A DNA stretch of 59,512 nt, filler included, from Circinaria calcarea (taxonomy: Eukaryota): NCBI GenBank assembly GCA_051942165.1. It is 7 parts of 7 records of this genome, joined end to end, with 100 filler letters (N's around TTAATTAATTAA, not from the genome) between each part and the next. Parts side by side here need not be neighbours in the genome. Positions count along the whole stretch, not along the records: positions 8,526 to 16,947 come from JAVECS010001117.1; positions 17,048 to 25,466 come from JAVECS010001118.1; 5 more parts are not named here. One strand, given 5' to 3'. Under the pieces are notes generated by a model that made no database searches, was not told the DNA's origin, and worked only from the letters and a program-made list of their open reading frames with translations. Positions 12,568 to 25,566 of this stretch are shown one piece after another (within the stretch, counting starts at the first letter, position 1; every line of letters begins with the position of its first letter). The position numbers and the translations under genes are program-made.

Positions 12568-15500
12568 TTATGGGGTACGGTAAGGTATTGCGAGTCCTTC
12601 CTGCCGCTCGCAAGATGTTGTTGGTAGCGTTCCCTTTGGGTCTTCTGCAGCCTTCTCAAGCAGGAACTGAACCATCGCATCATGACCTTCACTTTTTGCT
12701 TCTTCCAAAGCATCGCCGTATCCTCCCCCCTGCACGTCAATGTATGCACCCTCACTCAATAAAAGTCGGATTATATTTTCGTGACCTCGTGCTGCTGCCG
12801 CTTGCAAAGCGTTGCCATAACGTCCACCCTGCACGTTGATATCTGCACCCTCACTTAATAAAAGCCGGGTTACTGTTTCATAACCTCTTGCTGCTGCCGC
12901 TTGCAAAGCGTTGCCAGAATATCCACCCTGCGCGTTAATATCTGCACCCTCACTTAATAAAAACCGGATTATTGTTTCATGACCTCTTGCTGCTGCGGCT
13001 TGTAAGGCGTTGCCATAATCTCCACCCTGCGCGTTGATATCTGCACCCTCGCTCAATAAGAACCGGACTATACTTTCGTTACCTCCTACTGCTGCGGCTT
13101 GTAAAGCGTTGCCAAAATATCCACCCTGCGCATTGATATCTGCACCTTCACTCAATAAGAGCGGGATTGTCGTTTCATGACCTCCTGCTGTTGCGACTTG
13201 TAAAGCGTTGCTATAAAATCCACCTTGCGCGTTGATATCTGCACCCTCACTTAGTAAAAGTCGGATTATTGTTTCATGACCCATTGCTACTGCGTGTTGT
13301 AAGGCGGTGCTATAAACTCCACCTTGCGCGTTGATATCTGCACCCTCACTCAATAAGAGCTGGACTATAATTTCGTGACCTCCTGCTGCTGCGGCTTGTA
13401 AGGCGTTGCTATAAAATCCACCTTGCGCATTGATATCTGCACCTTCACTCAATAAGAACCGGACTGTCGTTTCATGACCTTTTGCTGCTGCCGTTTGTAA
13501 AGCGTTGCCATAATATGCACCTTCCGCATTGATATCTCCACCTTTACTCAATAAAAACCGGATTATCGTTTCATTACCGTTCTCTGAGGCCTGAGACAGC
13601 AGCGTTCTACCATACTTATCCTCTGAATTCACCTCAACGTCATCCCGCCCCACCAGCAACTTTACCACCGCTTCGCGCCCGTATTTAACAGCCCACGACA
13701 GAGGCGTACCATCGTCACTATCCTTTGGATCCGGCAAATGGCCGCCTTTCAACAATTCTATAATTACCTCCTTTAATCCAAAGTATGCCGCAAGGTGCAT
13801 TGCTGTTATCTGTGTTTGCCAATGCTGACTATAGCCAGTGTAGGCAGGTTTTGAAGTCATTATAACCTGATTCAAGTAGTCTAATTTGAGATTTCCGTCG
13901 AGAAAATTTAGGACAAGCTGTTTAGTTACCTCGTTCGACGCTGCGCGAGCATGCCAGCCAAAGTATTTAGCAGCATACTCAAGAAGTACGTTCTGCTGTA
14001 GCCGTGCCTCGAAATCTTCGTCATTCTTGCAAGGGCCAGGTCCAAAAGCATTAAATGACAGATAGGTAAGACAAGTCCTTGTAATCTCTGTCTGAGCATC
14101 AGGTGCCCAGGAGAGCCGGATGCGTTCAAAATATTCTTGAGCAGTATAATGAACTAGACGGATCACATTGCTTTCTTGGTCAACGGTGACTAGCCCAGCG
14201 CAAGCGGATATCATATCATCCGATTCTGGGAGGTTGGCCTCATCGAGCTCGTTCTCCCCAATTTCCACCGCCAGGGCATGCTGAAGCTCCGAAATGGTCA
14301 ATTGTCTTTCAGCATAAGTGATCCAAGACAGGACCTGCTTAGCAAGAGTCTTGAAGCCGGGTTTCTGGCCGTCGATCCTCTCCAATGCTTCTCCGTATGC
14401 AATCTTTAAAGCCTCGGACCCCTTTGGTAGCTTTTGCAGCGCGAGCTTGATGGCTTTCGGCGTGATTTTATCTGCAAGCGAGTCCAGATGGAGCTGTGCA
14501 AGAAGAAACCTACATATTGCTATTAGCTTCCTCGGTTGTTCTAAAAGACTGTAGGCAACATACATCCCGTCAACTGCCTTAGCTATCTCTGTTTGTATGT
14601 TGTCCTGTAAAGCTTGGTCTCGTAAAACACATTTGGGTAACTCAGCTATACGGCTAGCTAGATATCGTCTTACATCCTCGTCACTCGCGCGGATCTCCTT
14701 TAGTATGGCTCCTTGAAATAACGTTGCGATTTCGGGGTTTTCTCGTGAAGTTGCGAAAAATCCCGCCTTCGTATGAGATTGTAATGTGAAGAGCTCCTCC
14801 AGCAATCGCTTTCTGGTATTATCAATTTTACTGCACTCATCTAACGCATCAACGACGATAAATATCTTAGAATAACTCCTGGAAACTGAGTGGAACAGTG
14901 TTATGATTTCTTCGATAGACGGACGTGTTCCTCTGTCAACATGACGTTGATGCAAATTCCTTATACTTTCAGGCAGATTCGACCGTCCTTTGACAAGCTG
15001 TGCTAATAAACTGGACATAAGATGCTCAAATTTTTGTTCTTGCTGTCTTTTGTAATTGCAGAATAGAAATGCGATAGCAACATCGCTCTCGGCTTGGAAC
15101 TTGCTCCAGAGGTCATCAATCACGATGGATGCGATGATTGTCTTGCCAGCTCCTGGCATCCCCTGGCAAAAAAGAGTCTGCTTCGTGCCGCTGACCCAGG
15201 TTTCGAATTCCTGGGAATCCAAAAGCCATTGTCCGGTTCCCTCTTGCCGTCGGCCGATAAAATCGCTCTGCTGCGCCGCGAAATCGGCGGATGAAAGCCA
15301 ACTCTCGATAAGACGACGTTCGTGGTCATCGTGATGCCTGTGCAAGCGATCCACACTGTCCTTTGTTACCTGAGACAGATTGCTGGCGGGCATCAGTAAG
15401 GCCGGACTATACGAGCTGATAGGGTAAATTCATACATAGCAATACCCCCATTGAAAGCATTTAATAAATTGATATTCGAGCTTATACGGGAGCGAAGCTC

Positions 15501-15900
15501 TGCCACATCATCCGGCTCCCATTTCAACCTTTTCCATAGTCGTTGCGACTTGCCGCTGAGACTCCTGTGATTGACATCTAAACTCCAGTATTTCTCGACT
15601 ATCTTGTCTGAATCGACTAGTACGCTATGATATCCTTGAGTGATATCGTGTAGATGTGTCTTTTGCCGGTCGGTAAGCTCTCGTTCAGGTAGGACGTCCT
15701 CAAGATCCCTGAGGACATTCGATAGGCTCTTTACCCTTTGATAGTTAAAGTGATTAGCGTCGGAACCTTTTGAATGAAGAAATATGTTACTCCTCTGAGA
15801 TTCTCTTGAACTGGTCCGGTGAGTCAACAAATCTCTTGCGGACCTTGTTCGCGAGCGTGGACACTGCGATAATATCACCTACGCCTACACCAAAACTCAT
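12568..15900 (-). CDS. Fungal NLR: N-terminal HeLo-like helical domain + NACHT + ankyrin repeats
   Basis: N-terminus MSFGVGVGDIIAVSTLA..RLWKRLKWE. Walker A GMPGAGKT, Walker B FIVVDALDEC, FLLAQLHLDSL and RLVHYTAQEYF. About 12 ankyrin repeats. Introns near 15740-15790, 15375-15435 and 14510-14565 (approximate). Confidence 0.92.
12640..13521 (-). repeat. 99-bp high-identity ankyrin tandem array (8 similar units + capping unit)
   Basis: Repeated 33-aa unit GGxYxNALQAAAxxGHExxxRxLLSEGADINAQ, visible at both DNA and protein level. Confidence 0.9.
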
Positions 15901-17047
15901 CGTGAAGGTCACAACACAGTTGCGCGTTGCAAATGAGAATATCCAAAAACCATGAATTGCTGTTCAAAGTCGATGTAATACCACGGACAGAGTTCGAAAT
16001 AATAACAATGTAGCATATATTTGTAGGAGCCTTGCGCACATAGTGTTGGACACCAGCTGACACCAGCCAACAAAAATTGATTTAGGAGGTTTCGCTGGAT
16101 TTTTGTTATGTTAAACTAATGTAATGTAGGCTCGGAATAACTGAATTCCAGCCAATCCATACCCTGCACTCGAAAGAGCCCTTATCTACTAGTGAGCCTA
16201 TTCTGACCAATACGAAAGAGCGGATTTCGCTTGAGCAGGGTATGCTGCTAGCCAAGCCTTACTGAACTGGGCTAGAATATCGGTGCCGGCCTTCCGTACA
16301 TAACAAACTTCTTACAAAATTTCAGCGAAACCTCCTAATTGCCCAATAGTCGCAACTTTCACACACCACCTTCTCATCCCTAGCGATGCACCTTCCATTC
16401 GCAGAAGCTGGCTGTCACTTAGGAAACTGACCAGCGCACTTTCGTAGGAGATCGATGTTCGCGAAGCCACTATGGTGGAGAGACAAACTGTCGCAAGACC
16501 ATTACCGCAGAAAATCATCAATTCTAAAGGATGGCTTCGCAATGACCTGTTGCAACAGTGACAACACGAAGTGGAGTGTGGAGTGGATTTTGGTGGAGTG
16601 GGTAAAGGACGAGGTTAGGGGAGGAGAGGGGAACTTTGAGGGTCCATGGGTGGTGGGAAGGTAAGAGGCTTGGAAGGGTTTTGTTAATATGAGAATGCAG
16701 ACAGACCTTTTGTGTCGCTCTTAAAATACAGTATTTACGATGGTCGATTTGATAAATCGCTAGAACCTATGGGAACAAATGCAAGTCGGAATTCGCCGTT
16801 TTGCTACTTTTTGCAAGAATTTACTACCCTGATAGCGAGCCAGATAGCCCTCACCTAACAACACCCTTCCTTAATGGATATTCCCTTCAAACCTCCTTCC
16901 TCTCCCTCTCATCCCTCTTCCCCTCCAGTCCCTCCTCCCCCGGGACCNNNNNNNNNNNNNNNNNNNNNNNNNNNNNNNNNNNNNNNNNNNNTTAATTAAT
17001 TAANNNNNNNNNNNNNNNNNNNNNNNNNNNNNNNNNNNNNNNNNNNN

Positions 17048-18676
17048 ACCCGGCATGCATACTCGACGCCATGGCAAAAACGTTCCCAGTGATCGCGATC
17101 CGGATGATTCGCTCGCTCTCGGCGGATATCTACGAGTAACCTCGCACTCTGTGCAATCAGTGCCTTTGCGTCTGCGGTAGCAAGATAAACCTCCGTAGCT
17201 TCGGTTAGCTGGCGCAAGGTTTTGAAGCCGTGTTTGCCTTTCCAAGCGTCAAGTTTCATTTTGCCAATGCCTTCAATGACGTTCAGACGGAAGTAATCCG
17301 CGTTTCCTCGGGTAGAATGACTAACAGTCTCATGGGTTTTTTCAGAATAGCTTGCTCACTTCGCTGCGGCATTTAAATAGGAATAGTATTGCCGATAGCC
17401 TTGACCGGGATTTTCAACCTCGAGGTTCTTGCCAGTACCTATGCTAACGAATGCCTTGACAGCCCGAGGATTATTGTTGCATATTTGTTGGACTGAACGG
17501 TAAACTTCTTCCGATGGATTATTAGCACCAAAGCCTCCGTCAATAAACTCGAAATCATCATCCTCTTCGATTTTGACCGCTTTAAAGTAAGTGGGGGCAG
17601 CTGCCGTTGCGCGTCCAATTTGCCAGATCGGGTATCCATTGTTTTTATCTGGGTTTCTTTCCAATAGATCCCCATGTGTGCTTTTTGGGTGGCGGTATGA
17701 GCGGAATAGGTATGGGACCCGCGTGCCTTTGACATTTAACTTTTGCCAGGCGATGACAATGCTTCTCAGATGTCAGCGCAGTTCAGAAAACTTTTCGTCA
17801 ACATCTTACGTGCGACACATGTCGGTGTTTGCTTGGGTGAAATTTGAGTTAGCCAACCCGTCAGGCTCGAACTTCCTAACGACCTCTTTTATGATGTCCT
17901 CTAAAGGCCTGTGATCGTATTTGTCCCTAGGTATCCATGGTGGTTTACGGATATAGAATCTCCGAGGATGGGCGAAAACTCGGTCAGCGAGATGCTCATA
18001 TACTTCGAGGCACTCATCCACCGTCATACGGAGCCGACCGAGCATAATAGCAATCAACCTATACTCTTTTAGTCAAATTCCCGCAGGAGTATGATGGTAC
18101 TAGGCCTGCACACCCTCCAGTACTTGTCCCCGCTATATAATCGAAATAATGGCAAGGAAGGTAATTCGATAATGTCTGATGTCGGCGAGGTGCGGGCAAC
18201 GCGAAAATTTCTTCTCTTAGCACAGTACCGGCTCGATGACTGGGTTGCCGCATGACTGTAGTTCGGACACGTGGTTCCAATGGCGACACGCTGCTTGGTG
18301 CAAGAGGTTGTTCCTGTTCCAGTCTGGCAATTTCTTCCATCAAAGCCTGCAGGATCAACAGGCTCGAGTACCCTCTAACCCCGCCTCCGTCTGTTCAAAA
18401 TGATGGTTTAGCATACGATGTACTATGGGAGGTAGGCGACGAACCAAGTGTTAACAGGGTTTTTCTGATCCATGGATCGGGTTCAGCGGCTTCCCCAGGG
18501 GCGCCCGGTGTCTGAACTGTGATGTTGCTGTAACTTGTATGTTGACCGCTTGACGCGCTCTGGGTACTAGTAATATCCAAAGGACTCGGTCGCTGGCGCG
18601 AGGGCGACGAAGCTGTTGCTTGTTGAGACGATTGAGCTTCTGCCAGCACAGTGGTGGGTCTAGGACTAGACGCCAT
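17048..18676 (-). pseudogene. Patatin-like phospholipase, left-arm copy with premature stop (3' end cut by gap)
   Basis: GGGVRG, GTSTG and DGG motifs present. TGA at 17356-17358 where the right copy has TGG (AAK-W-ASY). Confidence 0.8.
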
Positions 18677-21600
18677 TGCAAAGTGCAAAATAGACACAAT
18701 GAATAACTTACAGATACGTTAAGCCAGAGATATGCCATGCATATAGGGACAAACTCAAAATCACGGGTCGGCGGCTGCAGAGCAAATGATAAAGAAAAAA
18801 CCTTCCATCTTTCTGTAAGACGAGGCTGCGAATGTCGCCCATTGGGGGCATTGAATCGGCAGTGAAACTTGACCGAAGCTCTAGAAAGTTGTTGGCAAGA
18901 AAATAAGAAATGCTATCGGAAAAAATGTCCACATCGGCTTCCCGCAAAGGGAATCTTCTAATACGAAGGCGTCCCTTATTCCAGATCCGTTCGCTGGTGT
19001 GGTTCCTAACATCTCCAAGAAGTCCGCTTGTTCGTGTCAGTGCCGCAGGACGGGGTCGCAATCGGCTGAGGATAGCTCTGCAGGGCTGTGGCAAGGTAAG
19101 TCACAGCCTGATGTCCATAATTGTAGTGTGCCATCTCTGCCATGAAGGCGGTCAATAACAATAGCAGAGGCGCAAGGCTGCAAAAGCAATGATGAGATTA
19201 TCAACGAACGCCAGCAGAGCCTCGCGCCACGGCAGGCTTAGCGTGCCAAGCAACCCCGAATCGAGGCAATGCAATCCCATGAATCCTTAGGTACCTTAAC
19301 TACATGGAGAAGAACTTAGCGAGGATGACTTTGGTGGGTGTGCGAAATGTCGAATCCAGTCACTTGATTGGCAATGGCACACAGCGCTCTTGCACTCACG
19401 CGCCTATCCTCAGCCCATGCGTACCCACACCCCTCGTGTGGGTGTCTGATGCTCCTCTTCCAACCCTCGCTTCAGTTTCGAAATAGTGTAAAATCACGGC
19501 TCCGGCTGAAAAGGCCTGGGTGGATGATCAGAAGTACCAAGTCTGCCTTGTAGGTCCACAACCTTTATTGCAGTGGGAATTGCCGGATAAGAAGCCGCAA
19601 TACGCCATAGTCCTGTTTCATCCAAGATCTCCGTGATTGTAACCATGTGCACAATCGTGGCAACGTTAAGGCTCAGTAAAATAACTGACAGATGACTCCA
19701 GGTACATAAAGTCCTGGCTACTGCATCTTACCTGGAATACCGAAGGCAAGAAGCTTTCCATCGATTTATCTTCTTACCCAATCATATTTGATAGGAGAAG
19801 GCATCAACTGGCCATCCTCAGCCACCACTGCCACTTGCTATTATTACTCATTTTTCATGGTATCAGACTTTCCCGATACCCCTCCTGCGCGAGCATTGAT
19901 GCGTGCATCCTCATCAAATCGAGAGGGACCTGTGGCAACTCCTACACCTAGCTCCAGGAGCGCCGACTCGAAACACGAGCCAAAGCCATTAAACTCTCCA
20001 CTGCAGCATCGAAGCACAAGCTGGGAGGTCAAACATCCTGAGGTTATCATCTATAACCCTGAAGATCATGAGTTATCCACAGTCCAACTAGCCGTCCTTG
20101 AAAGTAAGTTTGCAGACGTTCCAAAGTCTCCATCTAGAAACTGACCTTGTAGGGGATTCCAACAAATTCGAGGTGTACCTTCCACGGTGGCAGAACCGAG
20201 TTGATATCTATGTCGACCGCAAGGGGAAATCTGGCTTCGTTGCGAGTGTACAGTTGGATAAACTGGGGCGGAGTAAAAATTGGCAGCGGCGGCTCCGTCA
20301 TAAATACACTAGTCTCTATGTCAAGGGCCAAAAGCCCCGTTGCTGAAACGCAACACAGACATCATAACATTCTCGAGATGAAATTAAAGGGCCGTGTGCG
20401 GCGAAATGTAGATATTTTGTCTCATCAGAGGCTCCCCTGCCAACCACTCTATGCTTAGAGGTGATGATTGCGGTGTATCTGATGGTGATCCTTTGCTGGA
20501 GGGTTTACTGGAGTTGCAGGAAAGACCAACAGCCGATTTCTGGCCCGTATCGACGACCGTAGGTAACCCGATATATGGAATGCCTAATGGAGCTGCACGT
20601 ATATCACCAACAGCTTGCTCAGGTAATGCAAATGCTAGATAACGTGACCCTCAGCTCAAAGAACAAACATCAATCACATAGTCGAGTATAACTTATACTC
20701 CCGTTCAGAATCACTAAAAATACTTGGATACGAAAGAGAAGCAGCACATTAGCCATATAATGTACAGTAAATGACAATAATATCCACAAAGAGCCCGAAA
20801 ATCTCTAGGAGAAAATAACTATTCCTTGCGAAAGTCATCATCGTATAAACATTATAGAAATACTATTACCATTCCATCTTTGAATAAATTTTCGGCCTAA
20901 GAATGCTGAAGAGCGCTTGCTTGCATAGGATAGGGAATACATTGATATAAATATTCAAAATGGCCACGCCTTGAGCAATACTGGTTTCTAGGTAAGCAAG
21001 AGGCACGGTGGAGATAGAACTGTGATATTGAGAAGGGGAATAGGAGTGGAGAACGGAAGGGGGAATGGGGAGGGAGAATGGAGGGGAAAGAGAAGGGAAG
21101 GAGAAAAAGGGCAATCAACAAAGGATTTCATTGCTGCCTAACCACGTAATCGGGCACCATAAGGTATCTCGCTTATCTTATCTCGGACGCCGTCAATACC
21201 CGGCAGGGCTGTGCTAAGGTAGGGGAAAGGCAGCGTTCTTAAGATTTTGTCGTCGGTAACCGTATATATTCTTGCATAAAGAGCTGTCAGCTCTTTATGC
21301 AAGAATATATACGGTACCGACGACAAAATCTTAAGAACGCTGCCTTTCCCTACCTTGGCATAGCCCTGCCGGGTATTAACGGCGTCCGAGATAAGATAAG
21401 CGAGATACCTCACCCGATTACGTGATTAGGCAGCAATGAAATCCTTTGTTGATTGCCCCTTTCCGTTCTCCCCTCCATTTCCCCTTCTCAATATCACAGT
21501 TCTATCTCCACCATGCCTCTTGCTTGCCTGGAAACCAGCATTGCTCAAGGCGTGGATTTTGAATATTTATATCAACGTGTTCCCTATCCTCTGGAAGCAA

Positions 21601-23837
21601 GCGGTCTTCAGCATTCTTAGGCTGAACGCTTATTCAGAGATGGAATGGTAGTAGCATTTTTATGATGTTTATGCGATGGTGACTTTCGCAAGGAATAGTT
21701 ATTTTCTCCTAGAGATTCTCGGGCTTTTTGTGGATATTATTGTCATTTACTGTTGGCTTTCGTATCCAAATATTTCTAGTATTGCTGAACGGGAGTATAA
21801 GTTATACTCGACCATATGATTGATGTTTGTTCTTTGAGATGGGGGTCACGTTATCTAGCATTTGCATTAACTGAGCAAGCTGTTGGTGATGTACGTCCAG
21901 CTCCATTAGGCATTTTAAATTTTGGGCTGTCTACGGTTGTTGATACGGGCCAGAAATCGGCTGTTGGTCTTTCCTGCAACTCCAGAACCCTCCAGCAAAG
22001 GATCACCTTCAGATACACCGCAATCATCACCTTTAAGCATAGAGTGGTTGGCAGAGGAACCTCTGAGAAGACAAAATATCTACATTCCGCCGCACACGGC
22101 CCTTTAATTCTATCTCGAGAATATTATGATGTCTATGTTGCGTTTCAGCAACGGGGCTTTTGGCCCTTAACATAAAGACTAGTGTAGTTATGACGGAGCC
22201 GCCGCTGCCAATTTTTACTCCGCCCCAGTTTATCCAATTGTACACTCGCAACGAAGCCAGATTTCCCCTTGCGGTCGACATAGATATCAACTCGGTTCTG
22301 CCACCGTGGAAGGTACACCTCGAATTTGTTGGAATCCCCTACAAAATCAGTTTCTAGATGGAGACTTTGGAACGTCTGCAAACTTACTTTCAAGGACGGC
22401 TAGTTGGACTGTGGACAACTCATGGTCTTCAGGGTTATAAATGATAACCTCAGGATGTTTGACCTCCCAGCTTGTGCTTCTATGCTGCAGTGGAGAGTTT
22501 ACTGGCTTTGGCTCGTGATTCGAGTCGGCGCTCCTGGAGCTAGGTGTAGGAGTTGCCACAGGTCCCTCTCGATTTGATGAGGATGCACGCATCAATGCTC
22601 GCGCAGGAGGGATATCGGGAAAGTCTGATACCATGAACAATGAGTAATAATAGCAAGTGCCAGTGGTGGCTGAGGATGGTCAGGTGATGCCTTCTCCTAT
22701 CAAATATGATTGGGTAGAAGATGAATCGATGGAAAGCTTCTTGCCTTCGGAATTCCAGGTAAGATGCAGTAACCAGGACTTTATGTACCTGGAGCCATCT
22801 GTCAGTTATTTTACTGAACCTTAACGTTGCCACAATTGTGCACATGGCTACAATCACGGAGATCTTGGATGAAACAGGACTATGGCGTATTGCGGCTTCT
22901 TATCCGGCAATTCCCACCGCAGTAAAGGTTGTGGACCTACAAGGCAGACTTGGTACTTCTAATCATCCGCCTAGGCCTTTTCAGCCTGAGCCGTGATTTT
23001 ACACTATTTCGAAACTGGAGCGGGGGTTGGAAGAGGAGCGTCAGATACCCACATGAGGGGTGTGGGTACGCATGGGCTGAGGATAGGCGCGTGAGTGCAA
23101 GAGAGCTGTGTGCCATTGCCAATCAAGTGACTCGATTCGATTTTTCGCACACCCACCAAAGTTATCCTCGCTAAGTTCTTCTCCATGTAGTTAAGGTACC
23201 TAAGGTATTCATGGGATTGCATTGCCTTGATTTGGGGGTTGCTTGGTAGGCTAAGCCTGCTGTGGCGCGAGGCTCTGCTGGCGTTTGTTGATAATCTCAT
23301 CATTGCTTTTGCAGCCTTGCGCCTCTGCTTTACCATTGCCTAGCTCCTATTTTTATTGACCGTCTTCATGGCAGAGATGGCATACTATAATCATGGACAT
23401 CAGGCTGTGACTTACCTTGCCACAGCCCTGCAGAGCTATATCCCCAGCCGATTGCGACCGCGTACTGCGGCACTGACACGAACAAGCGGACTTCTTGGAG
23501 ATGTTAGGAACCACACCAGCGAACGAATTTGGAATAAGGGACGCCTTCGTATTAGAAGATTCCCTTTGCGGGAAGCTGATGTGGACATTTTTTTCCGATA
23601 GCATTTCTTATTTTCTTGCCAACAACTTTCTAGAGCTTTGGTCAAGTTTCACTGCCGATTTAATGCCCCCAATGGGCGACATTCGCAGCCTTGTCTTACA
23701 GAAAGATGGAAGGTTCTTTCTTTATCATTTGCTCTGCAGCCGCGGATCCGTGACTTTGAGTTTGTCCATATATGCATGGCATATCTCTGGCTTAACATAT
23801 CTGTAAATTATTCATTGGGTCTATTTTGCATACTGCA

Positions 23838-25466
23838 ATGGCGTCTAGTTCTAGACCCACCACTGTGCTGGCAGAAGCTCAATCGTCTCAACAAGCAACA
23901 GCTTCGTCGCCCTCGCGCCAGCGACCGAGTCCTTTGGATATTACCAATACCCAGAGCGCGTCGAGCGGTCAGTATACCGGTTACAGCAATATCACAGTTC
24001 AGACACCGGGCGCCCGTGGGGAAGCCGCTGAGCCCGATCCATGGATCAGAAAAACCCTGTTAACACTTGGTTCGTTGCCTACCTCCCATAGTATATCATA
24101 TGCTAAACTATCATTTTGAACAGACGGAGGCGGGGTTAGAGGGTACTCGAGCCTGTTGATCCTGCAGGCTTTGATGGAACAAATTGCCAGACTGGAACAA
24201 GAACAACCTCTTGCACCAAGCAGCGTGTCGCCATTGGAACCACGTATCAGAACTACAGTCATGCGGCAGCCCAGTCATCGAGCCGGTACTGTGCTAAGAG
24301 AAGAAATTTCCGCATTGCCCGCACCTCGCCGACATCAGACATTATCGAATTACCTTCCTTGCCATTATTTCGATTATATAGCGGGGACAAGTACTGGAGG
24401 GTGGGCAGGCCTAGTACCATCATACTCCTGCGGGAATTTGACTAAAAGAGTACAGGTTGATTGCTATTATGCTCGGTCGGCTCCGTATGACGGTGGATGA
24501 GTGCCTCGAAGTATATGAGCATCTCGCTGACCGAGTTTTCGCCCATCCTCGGAAATTCCATATCCGTAAACCACCATGGATACCTAGGGACAAATACGAT
24601 CACAGGCCTTTAGAGGACGTCATAAAAGAGGTCGTTAGGAAGTTCGAGCCTGACGGGTTGGCTAACTCAATTTTCACCCAAGCAAACACCGACATGTGTC
24701 GCACGTAAGTTGTTGACGAAAAGTTTTCTGAACTGCGCTGACATCTGAGAAGCATTGTCATCGCCTGGCAAAAGTTAAATGTCAAAGGCACACGGGTCCC
24801 ATACCTATTCCGCTCATACCGCCACCCAAAAAGCACACATGGGGATCCATTGGAACGAAACCCAGGTAAAAACAATGGATACCCGATCTGGCAAGTTGGA
24901 CGCGCAACGGCAGCTGCCCCCACTTACTTTAAAGCGGTAAAAATCGAAGAGGACGATGATTTCGAGTTTATTGACGGAGGCTTTGGTGCTAATAATCCAT
25001 CGGAAGAAGTTTACCGTTCAATCCAACAATTATGCAACAATAATCCTCGGGCCGTCAAGGCATTCGTTAGCATAGGTACTGGCAAGAACCTCGAGGTTGA
25101 AAATCCCGGTCAAGGCTATCGGCAATACTATTCCTATTTAAATGCCGCAGCGAAGTGGGCAAGCTATTCGGAAAAAACCCATGAGACTGTTAGTCATTCT
25201 ACCCGAGGAAACGCGGATTACTTCCGTTTGAACGTCGTTGAAGGCATTGGCAAAATGAAACTTGACGCTTGGAAAGGCAAACACGGCTTCAGGACCTTGC
25301 GCCAGCTAACCGAAGCTACGGAGGCTTATCTTGCTACCGCAGACGCAAAGGCACTGATTGCACAGAGTGCGAGGTTACTCGTAGATATCCGCCGAGAGCG
25401 AGCGAATCATCCGGATCGCGATCACTGGGAACGTTTTTGCCATGGCGTCGAGTATGCATGCCGGGT
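23838..25466 (+). CDS. Patatin-like phospholipase (iPLA2-gamma-like), right-arm copy, 3' end cut by gap
   Basis: Spliced TLLTL/DGGGVRGYSSL (intron 24070-24123), FDYIAGTSTGG, IAIMLGRLRM, RATAAAPTYF, FIDGGFGANNP, VSIGTG and YFRLNV. Open to the contig end. Confidence 0.9.
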
Positions 25467-25566
25467 NNNNNNNNNNNNNNNNNNNNNNNNNNNNNNNNNN
25501 NNNNNNNNNNTTAATTAATTAANNNNNNNNNNNNNNNNNNNNNNNNNNNNNNNNNNNNNNNNNNNN

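Larger units (their letters stand above)
17048..25466. repeat. Long inverted duplication (palindrome): arms 17048-21286 and 21288-25466, 1-nt spacer at 21287
   Basis: Centre reads ...GCATAAAGAGCTG T CAGCTCTTTATGC... The contig starts acccggcatgcat and ends atgcatgccgggt. The ORF track is mirrored with scattered substitutions. Confidence 0.97.

Noticed and set aside
12640..13521. CRISPR-like repeat-spacer periodicity
   Set aside because: Coding 99-bp ankyrin repeats inside a eukaryotic gene.
21138..21413. 91-aa ORF across the palindrome centre, or a protelomerase-type target site
   Set aside because: The ORF is a by-product of the symmetry. No resolvase gene or other linear-element hallmark is present in the contig.
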